Shown piece by piece: positions 21,660-34,779 of a stretch of DNA of 64,000 nucleotides. The notes below the pieces were generated by a model. That model saw only the letters and a program-made list of their open reading frames with translations, was not told the origin of the DNA and did no database searches. Source of the DNA: Takakia lepidozioides (taxonomy: Eukaryota > Plantae > Bryophyta); contig CM060733.1 of assembly GCA_030704615.1 (NCBI GenBank), positions 24,180,001 to 24,244,000 of the forward strand, given 5' to 3'. The position numbers and the translations under genes are program-made. How positions within the stretch are numbered: the stretch's first letter is position 1; each line of letters opens with the position of its first letter.

Positions 21660-23215
21660 AGCATGGAAGGGGCTGTTTCAGTACCTTGAGGGGCCGCCTA
21701 TGGATGATTACCATGAGTTTAGGCGGGGGCATGAGGTTGAGATCGAGGAGTGGAAGATGTACTGGTCACCCGACTATGTCTCCATCACTAGGGGCACTAG
21801 AGCCACGAGGGCAGTGGCTACACCTGCCGCTGCACCGACAGCTTCAGCAAGCAGCAGTGGGACTGGTGGTACAGTAGCTACGACGTCCACCCAAGCCACT
21901 ACCGCACCGGCACTATTACCCGTGCCTGCCTTCAACCCTGTTGTGGAGTTATTCAAAGAGTTGAGAGGGAACTACCAAGGGGTGAGGACAGAGAAGTTGC
22001 GGAGCTTGCAAGAGTTCCAACAGAAGCCGACTGAGAGCTTGAGGGAGGCTTTCACTCGAATGAGGCGCTTGATAAATGTAACCCAAGGGGTTACGGAAGC
22101 TCAGGCAGTCCAATTCTGGTATGGGATATTGGACAAGGAGCTGAGGAGAAGGGTGCGGGCAGAGCGGATAGAGCTCAACATGGTGGAGGAACGAGTGGTC
22201 ATGGTGGGATTTGCTAAGGAGACACCACGGGGTAGTGATGCTCCTAGCCAACCACTACCTCAACGTGCTCAAGGCAACAAGGGGGCTCAGGTGAAGCTCA
22301 GGGAAGGGCAAAGAGGACCTCAGATGCAGGGATCTCTCCTTTCATTTGTTGGCCAACAACGGACGAATGTGGTGTGCTGGACATGTGGAGGACACCATGT
22401 CAAGAAGGATTGCCTAGAGGGAGGCAAAGGGCCGGCACATGCACAGCCTGCACAGTTGTAGTGTGGGCATTGTGGCAAGCACGGGCATGGAGAGGCCCAG
22501 TGTTATGGTTTGCATCCTGAGTTGCGCCCAGGCCAGTTCCAAGGGAACAATATTGGCCGGGGGCGAGGTGGAGCAGCCCAAAGAGGACGAGGTGGCCAGG
22601 CACAGGGTGTAGGCCAAGGGCAAGCTCAACATGGCCAAGGACGCGGAGGTCAGAGTGTTGACCAAGGCATGACCAACCGGCTTCAGTAGCTAGAGCAGAG
22701 GCTCGCTGCCATGGCTACAGCTCAGGTGGTACCGGCAAGGCCGGATGGTCCACCTCCTGCTCCTGAGGGAGGAGATATGGGAGGCATGGGATTCATGTGC
22801 GGAGCAGCACTGCCACTAGTGCAGGTGGAGTCTGCTACAACCGTGACTGAAGGAGCAGCACGAGTTCCTGAGCCATGAGGTGCAGAGGTGGAGTTGGATC
22901 CACAGTGTGGGGAGGCAAGCCGTCAGGCTAGGCTCCCTCAGTCATTCACATTGGCGGAGACATTGGCGGAGACAGTGTTGACGCCATCCATGGCACCTAG
23001 TTCTCGCCCGATAGTTACCGAGGCGGAGGTTACTACGCCATTGGGGAGAGCTACACGGGTATCACCACTACCTAGTGTTGCCAAGGCTACGGCAGCTAGT
23101 GTGCTGCTGGGAGCGGCCACATCTGTATGTCAGGCTCCATTGTTCTCGGCTACCATGATTGCGACGCAAGGGGTAAGACCAGCTGAGGTGTTCAGGCTGG
23201 CAGCTACACTCTGTG
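21660..23215 (+). pseudogene. Retrotransposon gag fragment, truncated at both ends (possibly the inverted gag of E2)
   Basis: LQEFQQKPTESLREAFTRMRRL capsid-like motif; knuckles CWTCGGHHVKKDC and CGHCGKHGHGEAQC; several in-frame stops. Confidence 0.8.
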
Positions 23216-24140
23216 AGAGTTGTGAAAAGTAACTCTGATGTAGGTTTTTGATATAACAAGTGATTTTTTTTTTTGGAGAGGAAGTAGCCCTTGAGAAGTG
23301 ATTAATGATGCATTTTGGCTTCTCCCACGAAGAATGAAACATGTGATATGGTGAGGAGATAACTGGTGACTTCTCAATGTGAGTGCTACAAGTTTCAAAG
23401 ATGGATGAGCGGTTATCTGTTCTGATTGGCTATTAAAAGATCACCGGTTATTGGCGATCATCAGTTATCTTCATGGCCAAATACATGTTTGAAACCTTTT
23501 TTTGTTTGACTGAGCCCGATAGATTAGAGGGTGGAAAAAATAACCACCAAGAGGCCGTGGATGCTTATAGTGGGGAGACTCACCGTAACCACTATTAAAG
23601 CTATTCAAGAGTTATTCAAGAGTCCAACCAACCCACCCAATTTGTCCAAACTCCAGAAAAATAAAGAAAAAAGAGAAAATCAACCAAAAACAATAACGCT
23701 TGCCTACATATGTGTGAATTCAGCTGTCTTGGGGGGCTTATCTGTTCAGCTCAGCTGTTCTATTAATTACTACATCTATGGTTTATGTTTGCGTTATTTT
23801 TTTGTGGGGCTCTGTGTGCAAAGCCCACTAAAGTAGGTACCTACTAACTTAGAAAGTACTGTAGAGTCCTTCGATGTCTGGCGCATTGCTGCCAAATATT
23901 TAATTATTTAGAGAAAGTAGGTCCGGCACCTAAATTTAGATTTTTACAATTTTTGAACAAGTTGGTCACATATATTTAAATTACCTCTAGGGAGGTAATT
24001 AGGATATATCATCTAGAGGATAACCCTCACGCGGAATTCTTTATCGCTTCAACATTGAGGTCATTACTTTTCTGAATATTTCAGATAAACAAAATTTGAA
24101 TTAATAAACGCCGTACATGGAACGACTCTTTGATAGTAAG

Positions 24141-24810
24141 AGGCAGGGGACGAGATCGCACTTCTCCTTTATATACCCTTGGGGGCTCGGCCGCCCCACC
24201 CTGTCAAGCCGTGGGGACCTTTCTAGAAGACTACCCCACACGTGTCACTACCCCACTTTGGCACCTAAACCATCCCCCAATTAATAGATGTCACCTTCCT
24301 ACCTATCTTTTTTCTTATCCCCTTACACAACGGTTATTTTTTCAAATCCTTGTGTAGCTTACTATATATCCCCCATTTTAAATTCCTGGACCATCCTCTA
24401 ATGGACAAGGTCAATGTAGTCATGGGGGCCTCTACTTCTATTAATTTATTATGTCATGGTTTGCATTTTCTTTTGGGGGCCTGCGTGTGCAGAGCCCCTT
24501 AGGTACTAGTAAGTAGTAAGTAGTAAAATGCAGGGGAAGAGAGCCCGCTCTCTACCTTGGGGGCGGTGGCACCCTTCTAAGTAGAAGGCAGCCGACCCCT
24601 GAAGCAGTGGGACCTTCTAGAAGGCTGCCCTGACACACGTCGCTCCTAAAAACCACCAAGCCTGCTTACCCCAATCTAACCATGAACCATCCCCTATTTA
24701 ATAGGTCTTACCTTCCTGCCTTTTTTCCTTCCCCCCTTACCTGACAGTTATTAATTGAACTCCTGCTGTAGCTTACTATAACTCCCGCTTCATAATTCTT
24801 GGACCACACC
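24141..24810 (+). repeat. Two diverged copies of a ~270-bp non-coding repeat (24141-24400, 24530-24810), with a Helitron-3'-like hairpin + CTAG between them (24476-24509)
   Basis: Shared blocks GCAGGGGA, GGGACCTT(T)CTAGAAG, AACCATCCCC, TGTAGCTTACTATA, TGGACCA. Hairpin GGGGC...GCCCC then CTAG-T; related hairpin near 23805-23830. Confidence 0.55.
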
Positions 24811-25369
24811 CCCTTTCAAACCTGGCCCCTTATTGAGCGAGCAAGGATGAAAAACATATCCATCAGGATGCGCTTCATCCAACTCCATCCATGTGCTGCA
24901 AAACGTGCAGAAATTCACCCGCGCACGTGCGATACAAACGCAGGTCCCCGCGAGAACGAACGAGCACGGGCACGCAAAAAAGCGAACATTCCATCCCCAT
25001 CATTGCTCGAGATCCCTCCTTCCAGCCTCGGCCTCGCTGTCGACAGGCTCGGCACGCCGAAGCTCGGAAGAGGTGTGTCCCTGACGCCTGATAGTTGGCG
25101 CCACCGTCGCCTTGGAGTTTCGCCAACCCAGGTTACCGTTGCCGGGTGTACTCGTGTACTCTCGTTGCCCAATGACCACAAAAAGAATTCGTTTATCATA
25201 GGCTTCCCCACGCTGGTTGGCCGAAAAACAATCCACGCGTTGGGCTGCTGACCCGCACGCTAACCGCGGTTAAACTTCGTAGTATCGCCAAAAGTGCGCC
25301 AAAGTGGCGCCCTCGCAGCGAGAAGGGTGTGTTGTGGGCCGAGCGCGCCGCACAACAACGACGGCGGCC

Positions 25370-28300
25370 ATGCGAGTGCTGCGGTCCAGGACTGTGAGCG
25401 GGGCCGGGGCCCCTGCTCTCAAAGCTGCAGCAGCAACAGCAGGGATTCATGGCCGCGATGGGAAGGGGAAGGTGGAGGAGGTTGATGGAGAGCACGCTGT
25501 TGTGATGCACGCGGGGCTGGGGAGTTCATTGGAGGAGGAGGAGGTTGCAAATCTGGTTGCCGGCGCTGTTGGAGAGGGATTGGTGCCCGAAAGCCGGGCT
25601 GTGGTGTGCGGGCCTGTAACTCCTGCGCAGGAGCGGGAAGTGCCTCTCGTGGATGTGTCAATCCCTGGGAATCTGGGGCTGAGATCCTCAGGGAGGCGGA
25701 AGGCATTGGGGAAGGTGTTGGAAGGTGCGGTGGGCATTGGGGATGGAGTGAAGGGACGGAAGAGGCGAAAGAACGTATTGAGTTGTGTGGATATGGATGA
25801 TGAAGAGGATGAGAGTGCGATGGGGGAGGGTGGTAAAGCAAGGGGGGAATTGTTGGAAAATGTGGGGCACTTTGATGCGGAGGCTTCTGGGAGTGCTGAT
25901 GCTTTCGGTGATGGGGATGGAGGTGTGGCTGCGGAGCCCGATGGAGGTGTGGAGCCCGGGGGTTCTCAACACCCCGCGGGCAATGCTGGAGAAGTTGGAC
26001 GGGGGAGATTGAGAAGAAAGGAGAGGGTTAGAGGCCCCGACAGGTCTGCAGCAGTTCTTGACGATCACGGTGGCGTCTACGAGGGTCCTGCTAACGTTGG
26101 GGCCCAGATGCGAGACGAGGTTCCTGTGCGAGCTTCGAGGAATAGTGCGAATGCTCAAGAAGCCACTAGGGCAAGGTTTTTGCAAATTGCACGAAGCCGT
26201 GCTGCCCATTTTGCGCACTTTGCAGCGGATGATGAAGGCGCTCCTCCTGATGCCGCCGCGAGTCTTGATCAAGCGGAACGCCTGGGCAAGGGCAAGAGAC
26301 GCGCAGAAGATGCAGTATGTTTTTTCCTTCTCACAGTCTGTGAAGTATCTATGTCGTGTTGTGAGAGGCAGGGGTTTGGAGTCGGACACTGCCGTTGGAG
26401 CATGGTCACTACTCACTGGGCGTGTCAGACGCCTTCTTTCGTTTGTGTTGGAACATAGACCGACTCTGAGATTTAAATTGGCAAAACAATTAAACAGTTT
26501 TGGGTGAATCCGAGCCCTTTGAACCGAGGTAGAAACTCAATGGCTCTAATTGGGATGTCTGTGGGTGCTATTGCCCCAGGGTACCTTTTAGACTTGCCAG
26601 AAAGGTCCTGGGAGGCCTGTCAATGGTGTCCTTGATAGCTTTCTACTATCAGATGTAGGTCGTCTTTCAGACAGACTTAAGGTGTGCGAATGAACGCTGC
26701 ATTCATGGTACATGAATTTCAATTGTATAGTTTTCTTTGCTGCCAGTGTAAGTCAGCAAATTAATGCCTTTCTTATGGGTTAGATTACTGGCAATGCCTG
26801 GTGAAGCTGCAAGGAGGGGGATTGGGGTCTTGGATTCCTAGGTTGAGGGAGACCATTTGTTGTACCCTGGGCAGCACTGTTCAAAGTACGGTGTCATACC
26901 AGCTGTTGTCCAAAAATCGTCTGCAGAGTGTCTGAATATGGGGCTACTGTTTTGGTGTAGGCTCAGCCTCTCCGTCCGGAGGAGGAGCAAGATTGGCCAG
27001 GTCCCTATGTGACAGCTAGGCGGCTTGTGGAAGGTCGGGCTGCTGCTGCTGCTGCAAGGCAGGAAGCCTCTCCTGCAAGTACATCAGGCCCTGTGGTTGA
27101 TTGGTCTCCAACAAGAAAGCCTGGGGATCATCAGTTTGGGAAATTGGCAGCCCCTACTCTACACAGTTTGTGTATTGAGCTGCTTTGTGCCAATGTGGAG
27201 CACGTTGTGTCTCTTGAGGGTGTGCCAGGATCAATAAAAAAACAGATCAGTTCTGGTCTCTGTGGTCGTAGAAAGATGACCCCCAAGTCATTGAGCCTAT
27301 TTCTGGAGGGTTCGCCACTGGAAATTTCTGTTCCTGATTGCTCACAGATTGCTGAAGACGTCCTGAAGAAGAACATGGCTCAATGCTCAGCCCACCGATT
27401 GGAGGTTGTGGACTTATTATGTTTGCTTAGGAGGCCATGTTTGTGGGTGTGTGTGAGAGGGACTGATGTTACAAGACTTGCATTAAGTTGGTCGTGCTTG
27501 ACATGATAGAGAGAGAGAGAAGAGATGATGTGGATGGAGGAAAATGGTGCTCTTCTGGCTCATCTTGTTTTCCTCTTACCACCCATTGCCTGTAGAAAAT
27601 TGCTTCATCGGATACCTCCTGATACCATTTTTGGTTGCTGGCTTGGAGATCCTCTGCACAGTCTGTTTTCCGTTGTCTCATACTGTAAATGTTTGCAGGT
27701 TCTGGAGCTAGGGATGTGTGGGCGTGGCCTGTCCGATGAGTGCTTGAGAACATTTGCCCATGGGCCAGGCAGCCTACCCTCCCTCAAAATGGTCTCCATA
27801 CGTGGAGCTTACCGCCTAACAGACAAGGGACTTTCTGCATTAGTGCATTCTGCTCCATATCTCACCTCTCTGGATCTCACCCAGTGCTGTTTGCTGCAAG
27901 AGGCAGGGATTCAGGCAGTGGCCGATTGTCTTGGCCCTAATTTGAAGGCTCTGACGTTGGATGATTGTGAAAAGCTGGATGCTTTGAAGCTGCTGCCAAA
28001 ACTGTTGAAGATGCCTGGCTTGCGAAAGATTTCACTGTCTAGGATTCCTGGGATGAATGACGAGGTTGTCAGTGAATTGGCTGTGGCATTTGGTTCCAGT
28101 TTGGAGGAGCTTCATCTGGCCGAGTGTCGGTGGGTAATGTTCACCCAATTATCAAGATCATGGGTAGATTTTGCATATACACAAGTAGTGCATCTCAGTC
28201 AACAGAGTTTGGGAGGTTGTTGGTGTCTGTGGTTTTGATACAAGCTATACACTGATACAGACTGACACAAACTATAGATGATCTGGAATTCTAAGAAAGA

Positions 28301-30262
28301 TTCTGGGTGTCAACTTCCAAGCATTGAATAGTGGATCATGTGCTACCTTGGCCAAATTGGATGCAATGGGAACTGACGACAATTGTTATTATACTTAGAT
28401 TACTCTTGATTTCCAACAACCAAAGAGAATGAAATGGTGCAGAAACTCTAGTTGTCTTAGGAAGTCTGGAACTAACCAGGTATTTGTGAATGTTCTTTGG
28501 GGTTGATAAGTTTGTGTATTTGTCCCTTGATATTTTATGTATGCCACTATTGTTTTCAGAACTCTGACGGACGCGGCAGTGGTGGGGTTGGCTGCGTGCT
28601 GTCCGGGGCTCAAAGTCTTGGATCTGAATCATTTGCCTTACCTCACTGACATGGCCATTGGTCGGCTTGCTGATGGCTGTCGAGAGTTGCGGGTGCTGTC
28701 TCTGAAGCGTAACAAGTTCAGGTGATCTCATGCAGGCCACTGGAATTGACTGTCTCAAAGAGCTCCCTTATATCCTTCTAGCTTTTGTCTACATGAGCTT
28801 CTTCTTTGGAGGTGGAGAGAGGAGAGGGAAGGTAGAGAACATGTTGATCATTGCTTAATCAAGTTCACATTAATTATTGTGGGTGGTGGCGGGATGTCAG
28901 TGATGAAGCGATGGCAGCATTTATTACTGCTTCGGGGGCTGCGTTGTCTGAGCTCACTCTCAACAGTGTACGACAGGTAAAATTTGTTCTGGATTTTTGT
29001 GGTGGATTTTTACCAACCTAGGATCAACCTACAGGTGATTGTGCATTCCAAGTTCCATCTGATTCCCTCATTCTTGTTTTCAAAGGTAGCGTGGCACCTG
29101 AAGTACTGCTAGAGTGGAGTATCCATCAAGAGCTATTCACCAACTGAGACATCCTTTCTTGTGGTTGGGGCCTCTTTTTCAGTTATTTGGGTAGTTTCCC
29201 CTGTACGTAAACAAGATTAGGTCATATTTTGATCTACATACTGTTTTTAAGAATGATTTCTTGTAGATCTAGTTGCAAAGGATCTTTGTTTCCTTACTCC
29301 TTGGTTTGAACTCTGTTAATGCGCACTCAATACATTTTTTGTGTTGATGGGCAGTCATCTCTTGACACAAGGGAAGTTTGTTTGCTTTTCAATTGATGTC
29401 TCCCCTTTGTCATATTATGCATTGGTGCCTGGAAATTCAATTCAGGCATAGAATATGTTGCTTTATGCTGGTAGCTCTTGGTGAAACTGCCTGTCTGGGG
29501 GGAGTGTAGTGTAGAAGAGGAAAGGAAGAGCTATGAAGGGGACTCTAGACAAATTAACGTGGTCTTATGTGCAGGCTGGGAACAACACATTGTTGGCATT
29601 AGCTAAGCATTGTCATATGAATCTGGAGCTTTTGGACATGTCATGGTGCCGCTGTGTGACGGATGAAGCTCTTGGTCTACTTGCAGATTGCTGTCTTCGA
29701 CTTCTAGAGCTCCGCCTGTTTGGCTGCACCCAGGTCTGTCCTCCCTTTCTCCCCTGGCTCAGACTCTTCTGCCTTTCTATTTCCTCTTTCTATCGGTCAT
29801 TTTATAAGCACTCTCTCTCAATCACTTGTGAGGGCAAGACTTTAGCATTAGGGGGACGCATGCTTGTGAAGGCAAGACTGTCTGCTACCAGTTTTCCTCC
29901 TAAGCTCATATTCATTCCAGCTCTGCAATTGGGCTTGCAAGGTATTGTACAGTTGCTCTTTAATAATCCTGGCATCAGATTGTTGAACTACATGTTAGCT
30001 TACAAATTTTCGAAGGATGTCAATTTTGGAGGGTAAATGTTGGAGAATGTGTTGATTTGATCTATTGCTCTTTTGTGCTATCATGAGAGCTGCTTTGTCT
30101 TGGAGCAACTCACCTGAATACTTTACACTCAAATCTCATCCAATGAGTGACATCTGTTTGACTACACCAAATGCTGTGCAGGTCACCCGTAGTTTTATGG
30201 ACGGGCACTCCAACCCCTCTCTAAAGGTGATTGGATTTGGGCAAGAAAAGATCATTTACTAG
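25370..30262 (+). CDS. RAD7: RAD7/rhp7-like RNI-type leucine-rich repeat protein; exons 25370-26314, 26961-27404, 27699-28129, 28560-28721, 28901-28976, 29575-29733, 30182-30262
   Basis: All six GT-AG introns preserve frame. Family motifs ARSRAAHFA, DWPGP, PTLHSLC, LGMCGR, GAYRLTD, LDMSWCR, LFGCTQVT..F..GHSN. Confidence 0.85.
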
Positions 30263-31198
30263 ATTCTGTCCATATTTCTTGGGTCCAAGAATTATAAATC
30301 ACTGAAGTAATGATGCACAGGTCTTTGTTTTTCAGCAATTGCATTGCTTCAGCACAAATTTGGTGAAAAATTAGTGGTTGATCCAGCTGCACTGTAACCC
30401 ACATTTAAGTACTCCAGGATGTCATCGTGCAATTTACCAAGGCAATCTTGCTGCCGATGGCTAGTCTTCGCCAGGAAAGCCGTGTAGCAAAAGATGGGAG
30501 ACACTTGTGGAGAGATTTCCGGTATAGACTGCTGCCTCCATATTGCCGTGTAGCCATCTGACCCCTGACCCTTTTGTGGACACATCTGGCTCACAATCTA
30601 GGGTGTGAAAATCATTATTTCTCTACAAGTTTCAAATTGTGGAACATTTGGGAATACATGTCAAAATGCCCAGAATTGAGGATGATTTTACACTTTACTT
30701 TTTTTGAAGTGACAATTTTTTTTCAAAATTACATTGACCACTGATGTCTTGTTGCAGTAACTGTCTTCAGTGATGTGCATGGTTGTTTCCTCACTTGAGA
30801 TGTCTAAGGAACAGCACTGGTGATAGCGGTGACATGGGTGATAGTGTTACGGAGGCTGTATCAGAGTCATTTCTTAGTGTGTGCTGGTGTCCTGCTTCAA
30901 CAATAGAAGTTTTTTTGTGGTTTCCAGTTGATTGCATCAGCTATTGTACAGCTGCTAATGAAGATTCCAGAAATTTGATCATTCACGGTACTACACTCTC
31001 TAGCTCTTAACTTCTTCAGCTTCACATGAATGACCATATTGCAAGAGGGGTTCACAGTGATTCTTGCCCCGGCCAGTTGGGAGTCAGTTCCATATTGGAA
31101 GCCAAGTGGTAAATTATTGCTGGAGAACATTCTTCAGGGACAGCCACTCCTTGGCAGCAATTGTCCATTATTCACAGATGCTTTGTGAATCTAGACAG

Positions 31199-31576
31199 TA
31201 GAGTTATCCGTAAAGTGAGCCTGAGTTTGGTACCCTGTTTGGACCCGAGTTACGGGTTTCATCCTGAGTTTGAGTGAATCCGTGTAAAGTGCAGAAAACT
31301 GAGCACGAAGTCAGAAAAGAGGGCACCAAATCATAAACTGGGGATGAGGGCAACCGCTGCTATGGCGCGAGCTCGTGAGCTCTGACCGCCTCCGCCTCGA
31401 CGACCATCAAAACTCGGCACCAAACTCCTGCCACCCCCATTTTCCTAGTCCTGGCAGTTTGGTCCCGTGTTTTTTTCTAGTCTTACCGCTTGATCCTGAG
31501 TTTGGAGTTTCATACCGAGTTTTGGCCAAACTCAGGGTTCTCATGCCGAGTTTGGGACCCTTCACGGATAACTCTA
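31199..31576. mobile_element. hAT-type MITE (378 bp)
   Basis: 13-bp TIR TAGAGTTATCCGT / ACGGATAACTCTA; many internal GAGTTT/AAACTC repeats; no 8-bp TSD seen. Confidence 0.7.
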
Positions 31577-32512
31577 GTCTCTCCCAACTTGGAGGATCAG
31601 TTGAGGTTGATTAGTTTTATGTGGTGGTGAAGCCTGTTGGGGTGTCTATCCTGTCTTCTCTTTGTTCCATAATCTCTCTGAGCTTTCGGGTGGGCGGTAC
31701 AATTATCTTTCTTTCCTCCCACCTTTCTCTCACTCTCCTGATTAAAGCTGGTTATATGCAAGAGTCATTAATCTGCACAGCTGGATCTCCGTCTTCAGTT
31801 GCAGTGGGTCTACTGTTTTGGTTTCTGACATGGTGTTCACTTGTTGGGCCCTTTGGGTCTCCTTATATGGTAAGAAATTTCTTTCTTTCTTTTCTCATGT
31901 GTGTGTGTTGTTGTTGTTCTACTGTGGCCCAAGGGCACTCTAAACATCCACTGGAAATACTACAATTGTTCTTTCTTGTCTTGTCTTTCTTTCTTTCTTT
32001 CACTCTGGCCCCTCATCTAAAGCTCCCCAATCTTTATTCCTTCAATTGTGAATAATCTTGCCTCCGATTGATCACATGCAATGACTGAAATTTTCTTTTG
32101 GAAACGATGTGATCACTTGCTACAAGACAGACAGGCTCAATCTGATTAGGCACATGGGTCCATGGCTTCAGTTATGTTGGAGAGAGAAGTGATGTTGTTA
32201 CTAATCTGCGCTGTGCTCAGCAAACTGGCGGTTTGGCGCTTGCTTTGTTTGTTGATGGTGAAGTTGCTCTTGCTCAAGGTCACTTATTGGAATTCCTCCC
32301 CCTCTCAAATGGAAACGTACCTGGTAGTTGCAATTTCAAAATGGAAGCCTTGCTAGGCAGGCATCGCCAGCCATTGCGCATCAATCCTCGAGTGAGTCCC
32401 TATCTCATCGTGATGCAAAGCTCCTGTTCCCCTCCCCTCCCCCTCACTGCTGGAGAAGAAAGTGAGATATTGAAGAGATGTGTAGAGTTTCAGCCCAAGT
32501 CTGTGATGATGA

Positions 32513-34132
32513 TCAGAGGCTGAAGCGACCACTCAAGCTCTCAATCCAGGAGGAAGATTGAAAAATGATACTGTGCATTCGAGCCTCATCTTCCAACAGC
32601 CGTCTTCGTTTGGTGCGAAGCTCTTCCTTTCTCCGCTGGACCTCGCGGCTCACCTCCTGCAAGCTGACCTCAATGTACTGTAGCGACTTCTCCTCCTCCT
32701 CTAGACTGATCTCATTGAGAGCATTGCTGAACTTGGGATCAGGATCGTTGCATGCTCCCATGGAGAACCCTTGCAGCATCGAGTCTACTTTCTGCTTCGT
32801 CCCCCCACAGACAGGCGATGCCGAACGCAGCTGTTGCACCCGCTCCAAAAGGGCTGTATGGGTGGAGTGCTGGGCTTCACTTGGACTTGCATGCAGGTGT
32901 CTCTTGAAAGCGGGCGGTGGGGTGCTGGCAACTCCCAGTTGAAAATCAGTCATGGGTACCTTACAGGCTCCAACACTGGCATATGGTCGAAAGGGCCGGG
33001 TGATTGGAGGAGAGGTGAGAGAATTGAGCGCCCGGCTACCATCTAGAGGTGATGGCTGAGTGCGACAACTTGGGTCCTTGTTATCAATGCAGCTCTCGGA
33101 GGTCAGAGCACCTGAGGTCGGACTGCCCGATTCTGGAGAAAGACGCAGAGAGAGTGTGCTTCTTTGGAAAGGAAGCTTGCCCAGGTTTGATTGCTGTAAA
33201 GAGCAGACTTGAGTGTAGGACATGGAACCCATGCTGCTGCTACCATTGGGGTCGGTTTCGGCAGCAAACCTTTCAATTGCTGTTGAGAGACTAGCAAGCG
33301 TGCTGGTTGTACTCTGACCTGGGGATGTCTCATATAATGTCAGCGCAGTGGGGCCTTCGGTTCCTTTTGGAGAGAGATAGTGCATACTGGTCACAGAGCT
33401 CGAGCGAGAGGACCCTTGGACCTGCTGGGTGTGGCCTGGGGTCGGCCCCATAGCTTCATTGTCGCTGCTTGAGGCAGGAGAGGTGAACTTAGGAAGGGCT
33501 TCCGTATCACCATTGCTGCACGGTCGAGGCACATTAGCAGATGGAGATACTGTGGCGGATGTTCCCTCGTTGTTGTTGAGCAGCAATGTGGATACTGACA
33601 CTGGGACAGTCTGAGTGCGCTTGCGAGAGATGCTCCGGATAGGCTTTGAGTAGCAAGGGAGGCAAATAGGGACTGTGTCTGCGGGTGTTTGTGGAGTGAA
33701 GCAAATGCAAAACAGACGGTTGTCGCACTTGGATGAGAGCAGCGAGATAGCAAGTTTAAAGGAAGCTCGCCCAGAAACCATGCGGGTTGGCCGGTCCTGG
33801 GCTGGAAACTCGACCCCATTGAAAGTTGTGAACAAGGGAGGTTCAGCAAGGAAAGGCTTCTCGTCCCGCACTACAGGGCTATGATCATGGGCATAAGCCA
33901 CGGAAGCCACAATCGCCATATCTCGAGAGACCAAGCTGCCTTGATCGTCTAGCAGATGGACATTCAACACAAACTTGCGACGGCAGGATGCTTTTCCTCC
34001 CAAGACTGTGAGCACTTCAGAGCTTTTACCAATGCCCATAGCCTCAGAAGCTACTGAGGACACTAGTCTGTACATGTCGCTTGCGGCTCGTGTGCCCTTG
34101 GCTCCCCCGGCTCCCGCACACACAGCCACCAT
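32513..34132 (-). CDS. Intronless protein with a CudA/STATL (AtSHA/AtSHB-like) DNA-binding domain, Ser/Pro/Thr-rich middle and C-terminal coiled coil; no SH2
   Basis: 539-codon open frame from ATG 34132. AEPPLFTTFNGVEF..DRP....GRASFKLAISLLSSKCDNRLFCICF...YSKPIRSISR matches, from recall, the conserved block of plant SH2-domain proteins. Confidence 0.8.
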   Translation of the reverse strand: MVAVCAGAGGAKGTRAASDMYRLVSSVASEAMGIGKSSEVLTVLGGKASCRRKFVLNVHLLDDQGSLVSRDMAIVASVAYAHDHSPVVRDEKPFLAEPPLFTTFNGVEFPAQDRPTRMVSGRASFKLAISLLSSKCDNRLFCICFTPQTPADTVPICLPCYSKPIRSISRKRTQTVPVSVSTLLLNNNEGTSATVSPSANVPRPCSNGDTEALPKFTSPASSSDNEAMGPTPGHTQQVQGSSRSSSVTSMHYLSPKGTEGPTALTLYETSPGQSTTSTLASLSTAIERFAAETDPNGSSSMGSMSYTQVCSLQQSNLGKLPFQRSTLSLRLSPESGSPTSGALTSESCIDNKDPSCRTQPSPLDGSRALNSLTSPPITRPFRPYASVGACKVPMTDFQLGVASTPPPAFKRHLHASPSEAQHSTHTALLERVQQLRSASPVCGGTKQKVDSMLQGFSMGACNDPDPKFSNALNEISLEEEEKSLQYIEVSLQEVSREVQRRKEELRTKRRRLLEDEARMHSIIFQSSSWIESLSGRFSL

Positions 34133-34608
34133 GGTCACACAGCTCCTGTAAATATGAGGAAAAGTCTTGCAAGCTGCTACTCTTCAGCTCGTCACAGCCA
34201 TGGGCTCCAAGCCTTCTGTCCCTTCAAATGCGACTGCAGCATGGCTCTTACTGCTGGATTGTGGTGCTACATCAATATCTGCATGATATGTTAGAGCTGT
34301 GTATTGCTTATCTTTGCCTCCCTCCTTTTCAAACCGCCCATGTGTATCTCCCTCTCCATCTCCCTGTCATTTGAACTTTGCAGATGCATGTAGGCTGCCC
34401 CAGCAACTCTATTTAAGCAGCGCCTTCTCTCTTTAGCTGCCTCCACCCTTTTGTGTGTGTCGCATCTTTACGTCTTTTCTCCCTCGCTGGTTTCTTTCTT
34501 TCTAGCTGGACCCCGAAGTCTTCACTGCGAGCCTGCTCCGGTGAAGGGGGAGGTTGGGGGAGGCTCCGAGGATGGTGGAGGCAAGCGCCGCAGTGATGAG
34601 GGCGATAG

Positions 34609-34653
34609 AGACAGTTACGCCTTAACAGACAGTTACGCTTAACAGACAGTTAC
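34609..34653. repeat. Three tandem copies of AGACAGTTACGC(C)TTAAC upstream of the CudA-like gene
   Basis: Read directly; the third copy is partial. Confidence 0.85.
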
Positions 34654-34779
34654 TTCCTTTCCTGTCCCTCCGCATGGATTTGATGAGCATAGTCATGTCA
34701 GTGGGGCCAAGTTTATATAGCACATTCTTGTCTGTTAGTGCAGCAAAGCCAAAAAGGCGAAAGGTACTAGTGAACCCAA

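Noticed and set aside
25688-26416. Long antisense ORFs over RAD7-like exon 1 and over the CudA-like gene
   Set aside because: Shadow frames of GC-rich coding sequence with no independent evidence.
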